Shown piece by piece: positions 1 through 11,507 of a stretch of DNA of 64,000 nt. This DNA is from Saprolegnia diclina VS20 (Eukaryota). The notes under the pieces were generated by a model. It worked only from the letters and a program-made list of their open reading frames with translations, was not told where the DNA came from and did no database searches. Position numbers and translations under genes: made by a program. The stretch is from assembly GCF_000281045.1 (NCBI RefSeq), contig NW_008246130.1, positions 112,035-176,034 on the forward strand. Direction: 5' to 3'. The first letter of the stretch is position 1; every line of letters begins with the position of its first letter.

Positions 1-458
1 TGCTGTCTGTCGATGCGAGCTCTATCAGCTACAGCATCGCTCGCGATCGGCGGCCTTCTCCAACACGGTGTAATACCTTGTCAAAGTCACACCTCTATGT
101 AACGCTAATGTCACGAGGGCGAGACCACAATTTTGTACAATTACATCGTCTTGCAAAGATGCAGCAGTGGTTTTGACTTTGGGGGACGCAAACCCAATGC
201 GATAGTTGGCAATAGAGAACGGCATCACAACTGATCTATCAAGTGCTGCAGAAATATTATTATTAATTCGCTCCAGGCGACGTTTGCACAACGCAGCAGT
301 CGTTCACCGTCGGGCACCCGGTGGTGCCGTTGGAAACATCTAGTGGGCTCTAGCCGCCTCTCAAACATGTATGGTCGCACAATTGCGACCCGTTTGGGCC
401 AAATCGACAACGAGTTGGTGAGCCAGGTGAGTCTCATGGGCGGCTACACAGTGGTCGA

Positions 459-909
459 ATGTACTTCGCGCTGCCGACGAGCGCGGCACCGACTGACGCA
501 CCCTTGTCATCCTCCGCGACATCGTTCCACGCTGCCGCCACGCAGTCGACCTTGACCTTGTCTCTCGTGATTGCGTGCGTCATTTTGGCGCTGCGCTACT
601 GGCACGTGTACCGACTCAAGAGAGAAATTGAAGCGCTAGCCTACGCGGCGACTGAGACCGTGGCAGTCTCGCCTTTGGAGGCCAAGCAACAGCACCACGG
701 GTGGCAGCGTAATCTTATACCACAATCGACTTCTTCTCCAATGGCCAAACGCGTAAGTGCATTGATTTCTTGTATATGGACCAAGCAGCTCTCAGGTGGT
801 CAGGTGGCGTGTTGCGAGGGCAAACACATTCGCACGAGGGAGCGCTTCGGCGCAGAGCCCACGCGGCGATCTCACTACCATGCTCGCTAGCCACATCTCT
901 ACGCAATGA
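459..909 (+). CDS. Small putative single-pass membrane protein (uncertain)
   Basis: The ORF has a Ser/Thr/Ala-rich N-terminus and a hydrophobic stretch LTLSLVIACVILAL followed by RYWHVYRLKR. A plausible GTAAGT..CAG intron lies at about 753-796. No recognised family. Confidence 0.35.
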
Positions 910-1367
910 AGCCTCCGCCCTTGTACATACGTCGTCTCTGTCCGTCGCGCAGCGTCTGCGTTCGGCGTTCGGAAGAGTGCCGGGACGATAGAAACAAGCC
1001 CAGAGACGGTCTCGCAAACAGAGCTCGTCAGTGGCTCTTGGTGGCCCTCGCAGCGCACACGCAGGCCATTCTCTAGTACGTAGTCGATTCACTGCGCGAG
1101 CAGCACGCTCGACCACGAGCCAGAGCCTCGTTGCGCTGAAGCGCCCGCATCTTGCATCACCCATGGCATCCCCAAAGCTTGAACCAAATCGGATGAGTCC
1201 CAACGCAAGTTGAAGTTGACGCGTGTCACGCAACCGTACTCAATCTGCTATTTTTGAGGTTCGCGTGACATGCAAAAAGGATGCGATTTGCGATCTTCCC
1301 TGCCAGCTGCGACCGTTCGCAGTCGCGAGTCGCGACCCCATTCCGCAACTTTCTCTCGGCCACCAAC

Positions 1368-2810
1368 ATGTCGTCGTCGCTCATCACTGCGTACAAGGGC
1401 GTCGTCGTCCACTCGGTGCGCTTTGGCGTCCTCGAAGTCCTCGACGCCGGCCTCATTGGCACGAACGCCCAAGGCAAGATTCTGTTTGTGCACGACTTGG
1501 CCAAGACGCCGATCGAGTCGATTGCCTTTGACACGCTCGTCGACCATGGCAAGAAGCTGCTCCTTCCCGGCTTTGTCGACGGCCACGCGCACGCGCCGCA
1601 GTACTCGTTTCTTGGTGTCGGCATGCACCTTCCGCTCCTCGACTGGCTCAACACGTACACGTTCCCGCACGAAGCCAAGTTTGCCGACCTCACGTACGGC
1701 ACGATGCGCTTGTGTTTACAATGCTTAGATGTCACCTTAGGTATGCGAAGAGCATGTACACCAAGGCCGTGACGCGTCACGTGCGCAACGGCACGACGAC
1801 GTGCTCATACTTTGCGACTGTCCACCTTGAAGCGTCCAAGGCCCTCGCCGACATTGTCGCGCGTATCGGCCAGCGCGGGTACATTGGCAAGGTCAACATG
1901 GACCGCCACGCGCCGCCATCGCTCGCCGAGACGACGTCGCAGTCGCTGGCCGACACAAAGGCGTTCATCGAGCACGTTCTTGCCAAGGAGGACGACCTCG
2001 TGACGCCCGTCATCACGCCGCGCTTTGTGCCGAGGTAACTTGCAGGATTCTCTTCTCGCCACTCGACACTCATTTGCGCTATATAGCACGACATCGGAGC
2101 TCATGCACGGACTCGCTGCGCTCTCCAAGGAGCAGACTCCGCATTTGCCGGTGCAGTCGCATCTCTCGGAGAACGGCAACGAAATCGCGTGGGTCAAGGA
2201 CCTCCACCCCGACTGCGACAGCTACGCCGACGTGTATCACCGCCACGGGCTTCTGCACGACCGGAGCTACATGGCGCACTGCATCTGGTGCAGCGGCGGC
2301 GAGCGCGCGCTTCTCAAGGAGACGGGCACTGGCATTGTGCACTGCCCCAACTCGAACTTTTCGCTCACGAGCGGCGTCCTCAACGTCCGTCGGTGCCTCC
2401 GCGACGGGCTCAAGGTCGGTCTTGGCACGGACGTCTCGGCCGGCTACACGACGTCGATGCTCGACGCAGTCCGGAACGCCGTCATCGCCTCCAAGCTCGT
2501 GGCCATGGGCCATGGCAGCGACAACGACGGCGAAGCTGCGACGAAAGAAGACCCGCTCACGTACGCCGAAGCCTTCCACCTCGCGACGGTCGGTGGCGCC
2601 GAAGTGCTCAACCTCGAAGACAAGGTTGGCAACTTTGTGCCGGGCAAAGACCTCGACATGCTCGTCGTGGATCTGAATGCTGCCGACAGCCCCGTGGACG
2701 AGTACGACACCGACGACACGCTGCATCGGTTCCAGAAATTTCTGTTTGTCGGCGACGACCGCAACATCACCAACGTCTACGTGCGCGGTCGCCAGATCCA
2801 CACGCGGTGA
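1368..2810 (+). CDS. GDA: Guanine deaminase (amidohydrolase superfamily), 3 exons
   Basis: Motifs PGFVDGHAHAPQY, LLDWLNTYTFP, GTTTCSYFATVH, PVITPRF, QSHLSEN, HCPNSN and VGLGTDVSAG. Introns 1694-1740 and 2035-2086 (GT..AG) restore the frame. Confidence 0.95.
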
Positions 2811-3302
2811 TCGCCACCTATTTAGTCGCTGCAATGTACGACGTAGTCGATCGTTTGTATGATGCAATCAACACGAAAGGCATTGTCAGCTGACTCGTTG
2901 TTTCCTTTAGTTAGTACACGATTCTGGTTGATCCGGGGTCTGGACGTGAAGATTCTAGTGTCGTTCTGGGACGACGACGTAGCATGCGCAGAAACAGCCC
3001 CTTTGTTAGTCATGTTGAACGGGATGGGCACAGCTTGGCTTGGCAAGATGACTGCAAGTGCTCCCGTGCGATCACAATGACGTGGCAGCACATTGTGCCA
3101 CGTTGCACGCCTCCATCAACAATTTGGCGAAAAGAAGGAAATGGAACAAAGGGGCGAGGTTGATTGATGATTACCACCTAAAATTGGTTGTGGCGACTAG
3201 TGCTACACGATACACAGGCGCGGTCGTCGCTGTGTGGCTAGAATTTTTAAATATTTTGGTCTTGTGGTGGCTCCTCGCAGAAGAGTGCGCAGAGATTTGC
3301 GT

Positions 3303-3896
3303 CTAGTATGACGCGCGCGGCTGGCAAATCTGCCGGCTAAAGCGCGGGCTCTTGCCGTGGTGTGTGAGCTTGTATTGCATCGACTTGTTGGCCTTCTGCG
3401 TCTGGTACAACGCGTTGTCTGTCTTGGTCGTGCGCTTGAGAATGTTTTGCACCATCGGCTCGATGCTGCGGCGGTTCTCCTGGAGCGACACGCACTTGTC
3501 ATAGAGCTTGCGGTGGAGCTCCTCTTGCATGTCGAGGATCTCGAGCTCAGCGAGGAGCTCGTTCATCTGGTCGCACGCCTCGAGTTCGCGCAGGTCCGTG
3601 GTCGTGAACGGGTAGAACGCTGGGTCAAAGAGCTCTTCGTCCGGCACTTCGCGGTAGTCGACGACTTGGTCGAGGATGACAAAGCCGTCCGTCGACTGCT
3701 TTTCGCTGCCTGGTGTGTATGGCAGGCCCGCCGTCCAGATGAGGTCGTCGGTCAGCGGTGTCTTCCAGCCGAGCGCGGGCACGTAGGGTGGCGCGTCGAC
3801 GTTGAGCGTGGTCATCTTGGTCTTGTTCGTGGGCGCCGACGCACCCTTCTTGGTCGGGCTACGGGGCGCGGGCGTCGGCTGCGTCTTCTTGGCCAT
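3303..3896 (-). CDS. Small PAM2-motif (PABP-interacting-like) protein A
   Basis: Intronless ORF from MAKKTQ. It contains TTLNVDAPPYVP (PAM2-like), an acidic helix ELLAELEILDMQEEL and the C-terminus RQICQPR. Confidence 0.7.
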   Translation of the reverse strand: MAKKTQPTPAPRSPTKKGASAPTNKTKMTTLNVDAPPYVPALGWKTPLTDDLIWTAGLPYTPGSEKQSTDGFVILDQVVDYREVPDEELFDPAFYPFTTTDLRELEACDQMNELLAELEILDMQEELHRKLYDKCVSLQENRRSIEPMVQNILKRTTKTDNALYQTQKANKSMQYKLTHHGKSPRFSRQICQPRASY

Positions 3897-4686
3897 GCTT
3901 GGGATCTTCTTGTGGAGCAATTTGCGTAATGAGCTCCAAGCTGCAAATAGCTTCCTCCGCAACTTCAACCATATCGCACCGGCCGATTCCGCCAATCACA
4001 AGCGTCGAAGTTTACATTCTGCCAATCAGACGACGCCGAATAGATACTGGCAAACCAATCACGACGCTGCGTTTCTACCCATCTGGTACCCGTCCTCGAA
4101 CGTTCTCGCCATCTTGGTCAGCAGCAACAACCGTGCTGCGCCGTCGACAAGCCGCAACATCGACTACCTGCTTGTAGAGGCCGCGCTCAAGCCGCTAGGT
4201 CTTCCTTATTCAGTGCTTTTCATGTGAAGCAGCAGCGATGGGTGCAGGCGACATAGATAGAGCTAGCGCGTGTTCTCTCTTTCTCAGAACCCGCTTTTAC
4301 AGCGAGGCCACCTGCAGAAGACGTCGAAGCGGCTGCTTGGAGGAGTGTTCGCGCATGGAATGTATCAAGGATCAATCTCGACAGCAGCTGCTCGTGCAGT
4401 TAGTCAAAGCCAGCGTTCTAGTCGATGTGGCCGCAATTGCAAGACGAGTAGCTTGCGTGTCGCGGGCCCATGACGTGGCACGCGCATTTTGTTCCGCTGG
4501 CTTTCTTTGTTAAATCCATACAAAGTGCAAATGAACATAAAACGTGCGCGAAATAATCAGCTTTCGTCGAATAGACCGGGCTCCGTTATCCGGATATATT
4601 CGGCTTGTTCTTGGAAAACGGCGCTTGGTATCCGGATATTGAGCCACCGAGACGAGCGTCAATCCTTCTTCGAGGCAAGCCGACGC

Positions 4687-5172
4687 ATGAAGCTCAACCC
4701 GAACGCGATCTCCTTTGTACCGACATGGTCGTCTGCGCCGCCCGCGCCGCCGCCGCCGCCTCCGCCCATGCCCGCCGATCCGCAGTACACGAATGAGTGG
4801 GACACTGCCAACGGCGGCGGCTGGGCTGACGACGACGGCGCAGCCTTTGGCGACGACGCCGAGATTGACGAGCTCCTCGCCGAGATTGAGCGCGTCCAAA
4901 TGGAAGAAGAGCTGAGTCGCGAATACAATGAGCTCAAGGCGCAGGGCAAGACGGAAGAAGCCGAGCTCTGGAGCCGCTGGATGGTCTCGCCGCCGTCGCC
5001 GCTCTCGCCGCCTGCGCCGCGCCACCACAAAAAGCACACGCACCACCAACCCACCCAGTACGGCAAACAGCCGTACCACAACAGCTACAAGAGCCGCAGC
5101 GGCCCGCTGTACAATCCGCGCGGCACCTACGCACCGCACAATCCGGTCACGGCCTCGGTGCCCTTCCAATAG
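4687..5172 (+). CDS. Small PAM2-motif (PABP-interacting-like) protein B
   Basis: Starts MKLNPNAISFVP (canonical PAM2), followed by a polyproline tract, the acidic helix ELLAEIERVQMEEEL and a His/Tyr/Pro-rich tail. Confidence 0.8.
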   Translation: MKLNPNAISFVPTWSSAPPAPPPPPPPMPADPQYTNEWDTANGGGWADDDGAAFGDDAEIDELLAEIERVQMEEELSREYNELKAQGKTEEAELWSRWMVSPPSPLSPPAPRHHKKHTHHQPTQYGKQPYHNSYKSRSGPLYNPRGTYAPHNPVTASVPFQ

Positions 5173-5254
5173 GTCAACGCACCGCGTGTAGATTCCCAAC
5201 CTTTCCCCGTATAGTAATTAGTACCTTACCCTCACCCTGCTTCTGGTTGTGGCT

Positions 5255-6619
5255 TTACACCGCAACTTCATCGTCATCAACAAGCAGCTCGTACGGGACA
5301 TGGTGGTGGGGGTGCTTGGCACGCTTGCCGAGGTGGCGGCTCTGTTTGGGCGACGGGTTCGGCGCTTCGCAGGACAGTGCTGGCATCGGCTGCCGGCTCT
5401 TGTGCGCGTGGTGTCGCTTGTGGTGCATCGGGAGCTGCGTCAGGAAGATGCTACTCGTCTCGCCATGACCCAAGGATAATGACTCGTGCGGGGACGGCTC
5501 GGGCTCCTTCCTCGGCTCGCTTCGTTTGGGGCTCACGCTCTTGTTGCGCTGCTTGCGCTCAAAGGCTTGGCGCGCCCGCTGAATCTCAAGCATGCGGCGC
5601 TCCATGGTCTGGAGCATCTGCATCTTCTTCTTCGTGTCCGAGACGGCGCGGAGGCTCACATTGCCCATTTTGGACATGTCGGCCACGCGGCGATCGGCCA
5701 TGATCTTGTGCACGGCAGCGCGAAAGTGGTGGCGGAGGATGACCTTGCGGGTGCGCGCCGTCGAGGCGGCGTTGCGCGCGTGCACGTACGCGCGGTGCCA
5801 CAGCACCGTGATCTTGAGGCGCTTCGCCTCGAGAAGCGCGTCGTTACGCTCATGCCACGTCTCGACGAGCTGCACCAAGCATGTGCGCTGGAGGTACGCA
5901 CGCCAATGCGCCGTCATTCGCGCCTAGGAGGCGTCCACTACGCGCCATATATGATGCGGGACCGAAGGCTACCTCGTGCTGCCGGCGGCGGCGGGCGGCG
6001 ACGAGACGCCGCGCCACGAGAAAGCCGCGCACTAGCCGCTGGATGCGCACGATGGCGATCGACTGGCGAAGCCGCTCGACACGCACCCGCGCGCGGTGGC
6101 CTCGGTATATGCGCTGGATAAGCGTCGAGTGCCGGTTCAAGTACGCAGCGATGCGCTCGCGCTTCTCGTCGCGATTGAACTCGACAAATGTGAGCGCGCG
6201 CTGCACCTCGGCCATCTAGTCCGATGATAATGGACAAGTTGTCTATACGACACAGTGTACATCTTGATCAAACACATCCTGGACGCTGCGAATGTGCTGG
6301 AAGCGCTCGTGCAAGAGCAGCTACGTTGGACGTTGCAGGAGCCATGGCGCCTATACACTATGCGTACGTGGGTATATCGCAGCCGCTCGAGCTTGGCGTG
6401 GACGGCGTCGGCGCCAAACGCGCGGTCGTCGACGCCGAGGCGCGGGCTGAGCGGCGAGAGCTCCGGGTACGTGAAGGTCGGCGTCATGGGCGGGCGCGGG
6501 CTGCTCGCGCGCGGCGACGGGTGCGAGTACCACGACGGAATCACAAGCGACGGCGACGAACTGCGCGGGCTCAAGAGAAGCGGCGCAAGCGCCTCCGGCT
6601 TGCGAGGCACGATCGCCAT
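5255..6619 (-). CDS. IQ calmodulin-binding motif protein, multi-exon
   Basis: Tandem IQ motifs LIQRIYRGHRAR and RIQRLVRGFLVARR, an SP-rich N-terminus and a coiled-coil C-terminal part, spread over several frames joined by short introns. Boundaries are approximate. Confidence 0.7.
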
Positions 6620-6887
6620 CCTCCTTTTCAACACGAGCAGCAGGTGTAACGACCGTCGATTCAGCGTGTTCACGTCACAAGGTACCTTTTTGGTCATGCG
6701 AGCGTTGTCCCCCTATGCGTCATGCGCGGTGGAATCCAAAATCCAAGTACGGAAGATGAATAAATCGACTGCCCGAGCTTACTCGATCCATTTTCAAACC
6801 CTCCACATCTCAAAATTAGCTGGCACGAAAAGAGGTCATGGAATCTAGTAGGGTTTACGACCAGCAGGCAGGTGCTGGATGGCGATG

Positions 6888-7851
6888 CTACGGCACAGTG
6901 CTTGCCGACGGCGTGTCACGAGGGTTTGGATCTGCTCTAAGGGTCGCCTCCAATGTGGACTGCAGATCACCAAATGGCGGATTGCTCGCCGCTGCATCGC
7001 CTTGTGTTTGTGGCAACGTAAGTTCGTCGCTTGGTGGGTTCGGAGGAAGTCTGCCGATGCTTGCCAGTCGTGTTTCGCCAGAGTCCAAACCGATCGGCAG
7101 CGAGTACGACCGCGCAGGCGAGCTGGGTCGGGACTTAGTCTTGGCCGCAAGACGCTGCCACGTGTAGGCCGCCTGGTCTTGGTCGATCTCCGAGTCGACG
7201 GCATAGAGCAGGTCAGGCTTCCCGGTAAAGGTTACGTGCACAAGGAAGACGCCGCCTGGGTTCTTGGCCGTTGCATCCGTCGTCGTCGTCGTCGTCTTCT
7301 TGGCGCGCGTATGCTTCTCGAGCCGAGTGCGCAGTCGCGTCAAGTTGTTGTAGCCAGCAGGCAGAGCATCCGTGTACGGCGTCACAGCAAGGAGAGAGTG
7401 AAGCTCCGTGGATCGTGTCCCGATCCCTTGGAATCGCGGCTTGGACGGTTTGCCAAAGAAGGACCACTTGAGCCTACTTTGGCTCAACGTCTCATCGAGA
7501 AAGAGCCATTTCGTGCCGAGTTTGCCCTTTGTGGAAACAACCAGCAGCGGCAGTCCTTCCATCATCTCGGTCGTCTACAAGCAGATCATCGCGAGATGTG
7601 GAGACACGGGTGGATACCAGCTCCACGTGACGGCTCTTGCGCACTTCGTCGGGCTGCAGGAATGTCATGAGCACGTCGGAGGTGGCGCGGCTCTTGCGGT
7701 CTTCGCACTTTTGTTCCAAGCGCGTCTTTCGCGTCAAGTCGCGTGCCGACTTGGCTTGACCGCGGACTAGCGCATTCGGCGACGACTGCCGCATTTCTTC
7801 AAGTGACGTTAAACTACGATGTGTATATATAGTACTGAGTCTATTCTCCAT
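6888..7851 (-). CDS. Hypothetical protein with PH-like domain (tandem paralog 1, apparently soluble)
   Basis: Clear similarity to the neighbouring gene: GKPSKPRFQGIGTRSTELHSLLAVTPYTDALP and KPDLLYAVDSEIDQDQAAYTWQRL. Intron at about 7575-7617. The start is uncertain (7851 or 7794). Confidence 0.65.
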
Positions 7852-8008
7852 GGCAAGTAACCAACATGGATATAGCGTTGGCGCGAAATAACATGCGTCA
7901 CGACAACGCTCTTCCACCGACCTTTGAACTCTTCTCCACATCACAAGTGACGAAGCGAGAGAGCACCAGGAGAAAGCGTAGCGACACAAACGATACTCGA
8001 TTCTACGT

Positions 8009-9970
8009 TTACGGTTCTGCTGCATCTCTTGAGGCGACCGCATCAGGAAGAGTCTCGGTGGGAACCAGTGCAATCTCAGGGGCGTCCAAGACGCCGCTGG
8101 CTTGCCGGACTTCGGCGGCGATGGACAATCGTTTGGTGCTCTCGGCTGAGACGAGCGACCACGAGTTCAAGCGCGCGGGGGCGTTGGCGCGTGCTTTAGC
8201 TTTCTCGCTGAGGCGCTGCCACGTGTACACAGCTTGCTCTTGATCGATGGCCGACTCGACCGCGTACAGAATATCGGGTTTGTTGTCGAACTCGACGAGC
8301 ACCACGTAAATGCTGCACCGACTTGCGTCATCTGTCTGCGTGCGCTCGGGTATCGGAGCCCCCTCGTCGTCCGGGGACGCTACGACAGTCGGTGTCGCGG
8401 TTGCTTTTGCACTGATTCGTTTGCTAATTTGAGCGTGCAGCCGCGAGAGGTCAGTGCTGTACGTGGGAGGTAGAGCATCTGTGAACGGCGTCACGGCACG
8501 CAGCGAGGCAAGCTCGACCGACCGCTTTCCGCTGCCCTTGAATTTTGGCTTGGACGGTTTGCCCAATACCGACGCCTTGAGCTTGAAACGTGTCAGAGAA
8601 ATGTTCATAAAGAGCCACCGCGTAGAGAGTGCCGCCGATTTTGAAACGACCGAGACAAGCACGCCTTCCGTCATTTCGCTCGTCTAGCGCGAAAAGTGAG
8701 CCGGCGAACGACAGACGCAAACCGTACGAGGACCAAGTGGCGGCCCTGGAGCACCTCGTCGGGCTGCATGTGCGTCATGTGCACATCCAGCGCCGCGCGG
8801 CCCTTGCGCTCCTCGGCTTTGAGCTCAATGCGCGCCTTTCTGCTCATGTCCAAGAGCGACTTGGCCTACGTCATCGATAGCAATAGAACCCCGTGGCTTG
8901 CAGTGAAGAGGTCGTCGTACGACGGCGTGGGTCTCGGGGTGATAATACTCGTCGTTGAGGACCTTGACTTGCATCGTGTGCTCGAGCGTGCCGGGCTTGG
9001 CGGTCACCTTCATCTTCTTCTCCTTTGCGACGGTGGAGGCAAACTTGCGCCAGCGCGGCTGCTTGAGTTTCTTCTTGTGACTCGCCTCGTCGTCCGAGGA
9101 CGCGTCGTCGTCGTCACCTGTCGTGTGCGCCGATGCCTTGCGCGCTTGCACCCACACAAAGAGGAAAAGGAGCGTCTTGAGCAGCACCAAAGCGCCAAAC
9201 ACGGCGCCCAGAATGATCAGCGCGAGGTTCGGGGACGGCGCGGCGTCCGGTGGCCGCACGATCGTGGCGTTGACCGCGGTCGAGTTGCCGCCCGCGATCG
9301 ATGACGTGACGAGTGCTGCCGAGGTACTCGAGAAGAAGCTCGCGGCGCCAAAGCACGAGGACGGACACGCACGCTTGGATCGCGTCGCGTCATCTTCGTG
9401 CAGCACGAGGAGCGACACTTGGTACTCGATGGACGTGGCATTCCGCGGCAAGGCGGCGGCTACGTAAAAGTACTGCGAGGCACTCCAGGGTAAAAACGAA
9501 GTGTTAACATAGGCGCTCGTGGTCTCGACGCCATCTTGGAGCGTGTGCAGGCGAAACGCAACCGTGCAATCGGTCGCATTGTCTGGCAGCGCGCAGGAGG
9601 TCGGCGGGACGCTATCAACGCGCCACGCGACCATGGCGCAAGCGTTGGGGCTTGGACACAAAGAGACATCGATCGATGCAATCTCAAACGACGCCCCAAG
9701 TCGCATGAGATGACGGCGTGCTTCACGGACGACGTACATGCCACAGCGTGTGTCGGATCTTGTGGCGACGCTTCGCTCGATAGTATGCACCAATCAGAGG
9801 CCTGGAAAACGTATCTTGGGTGCGGATCGTATGGCGACAGTGGATTTCGATCGCGTTGTTGACTCGACGCGATTGGGACGTGCAAAGCTTCGCATTCGGG
9901 TGTTTCAAACTCTTCGTGTATATCGTATGCCACCTCGTGAGCGCAGCTGACGTCATCGAAGCAACCCGTA
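8009..9970 (-). CDS. Single-pass membrane protein with Cys-containing ectodomain and cytoplasmic PH-like domain (tandem paralog 2)
   Basis: TM helix LALIILGAVFGALVLLKTLLFLFVWV. Short introns near 8866-8920 and 8684-8727 join it in frame to GKPSKPKFKGSGKRSVELASLRAVTPFTDALP. The 5' end is unresolved and probably extends beyond 9970. Confidence 0.6.
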
Positions 9971-10560
9971 CTAGGCTAGTGCACAAGATTGTCAGGTTGG
10001 GAAATCCACCACCAAAATGCCCAGCACAACTGACGACAGAACTGCACAGGCTAAGGAAAACACAGACTCATCACACGTCTCGGGTTGGTTGCTCCGATGT
10101 ACTCGATTGGTCATCGGTTCAACAGACTCACTCAGTTTCCGCAAACAGCGACTTGCAGCTCTTCTTTGGGATTTGTTGACTAACAACAGAGCTCGCTTTC
10201 ACAGTTCGAGTGAGTTCGCTCTAGAACCGGTACAACTCGGCTCCCCGACCTGGGGTGCGATGTACACAGAGCCTCCGCCGGCAGTGCGCCTCCATTCTCA
10301 ATTCTCAGGCGTAGACAGTCTAGCGTGGAGCAGCAAGATATGTGCTGACGCGTGCGTCGTCATTCATACGTCGCCATTCATCCGGCACCGTCGTTCCGGC
10401 AAGCCTGCCACGCACCCGACGCTGTCGAGCGACAAAAGATACGCGCGCGGCCCTCCCTGCGCAATTCCATTTTATTACATACAAAATCATTGTCATATTT
10501 GTGATTGCTTAAAAAATAACGCTAAGATGTGACTTTGCACTTTCTGAGCGGCGCAAAATA

Positions 10561-11079
10561 ATGGCTGTCCGCGATGCGTTCCGAGCGATCCTCCAGCAGC
10601 AGTCGGCGCTGTTGCAGACGCTCTCGAACGACGTGTACATATTTCGCTGCCCCATTCTCATGGGCACGACGGGCGGGCACGTCCGCCACTCGCTCGACCA
10701 CCTGCGCCGGTCGCTCGACGCCGACCACGCTGGCCACATCCACTACGACATTCGCGCCCGCAACACGGCAATCGAGCTGGACCGCGTCGCGGCCATTGAT
10801 GAAATGGACCACATCTTGTCGCTAGCCGCGGCGATCGCGCCCTCGCACTTGACGTCGCCTGTCCGCGCCGCCTTTATGCTCACGGCCGACGGCAACGAGG
10901 TGCAGCTCGCCTCGACCGTCGAGCGCGAGATGGCGTTCGCCGTGCACCACGCGATCCACCACAACGCGATGATCAAGACGATCTTGCGCGCCAACTTTCC
11001 GTCGCTGCCGCTGCCCGACACCTTTGGCGTTGCGCCATCGACACTGAATTTTCGGCAGTCGGAAGCGGCGGCTTCGTAA
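10561..11079 (+). CDS. DinB/YfiT-like metal-binding four-helix protein
   Basis: Intronless 172 aa. Motifs GGHVRHSLDH, IHYDIRAR, REMAFAVHHAIHHNAMI and FGVAPST match the bacterial DinB-family pattern with a His triad. Confidence 0.85.
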   Translation: MAVRDAFRAILQQQSALLQTLSNDVYIFRCPILMGTTGGHVRHSLDHLRRSLDADHAGHIHYDIRARNTAIELDRVAAIDEMDHILSLAAAIAPSHLTSPVRAAFMLTADGNEVQLASTVEREMAFAVHHAIHHNAMIKTILRANFPSLPLPDTFGVAPSTLNFRQSEAAAS

Positions 11080-11507
11080 TAATTGAGCTGTGTCGAATGT
11101 CCTAACAATGTGGTCGCTTTGTACGAGGGTACATGCGTCAGCACGTGTGTCACGTTGTGCTAGTGTTCCTGTTCTAGCAGCACGGATATCAACCACCGCG
11201 ACCTCCAACTCGAACGAGCAGTTTGTGTTGGCGCCAGTGCATTCTGGCCAATTGCAGAAGCGTTTTGACGTGGCTTGTTGCGGTGCTGCATCTGCGACAT
11301 CGTCACTTGCATGGCCGACGGGCAGTGCTCGTCTTCGTCGAGGCCAAATGTGATGCGCGACGTGAACTTGGCACCCGCGTCGGAGCGTGCTCCGGCCGCC
11401 TGCCATGGGTTGTCGAGTACGATCAGTACGTGGCGGTAGACGCGACGGATTCGAAACGGACTATCTTTCTATTACAGGAGGCTAACTTAAACGGCACTGA
11501 GGATTGC

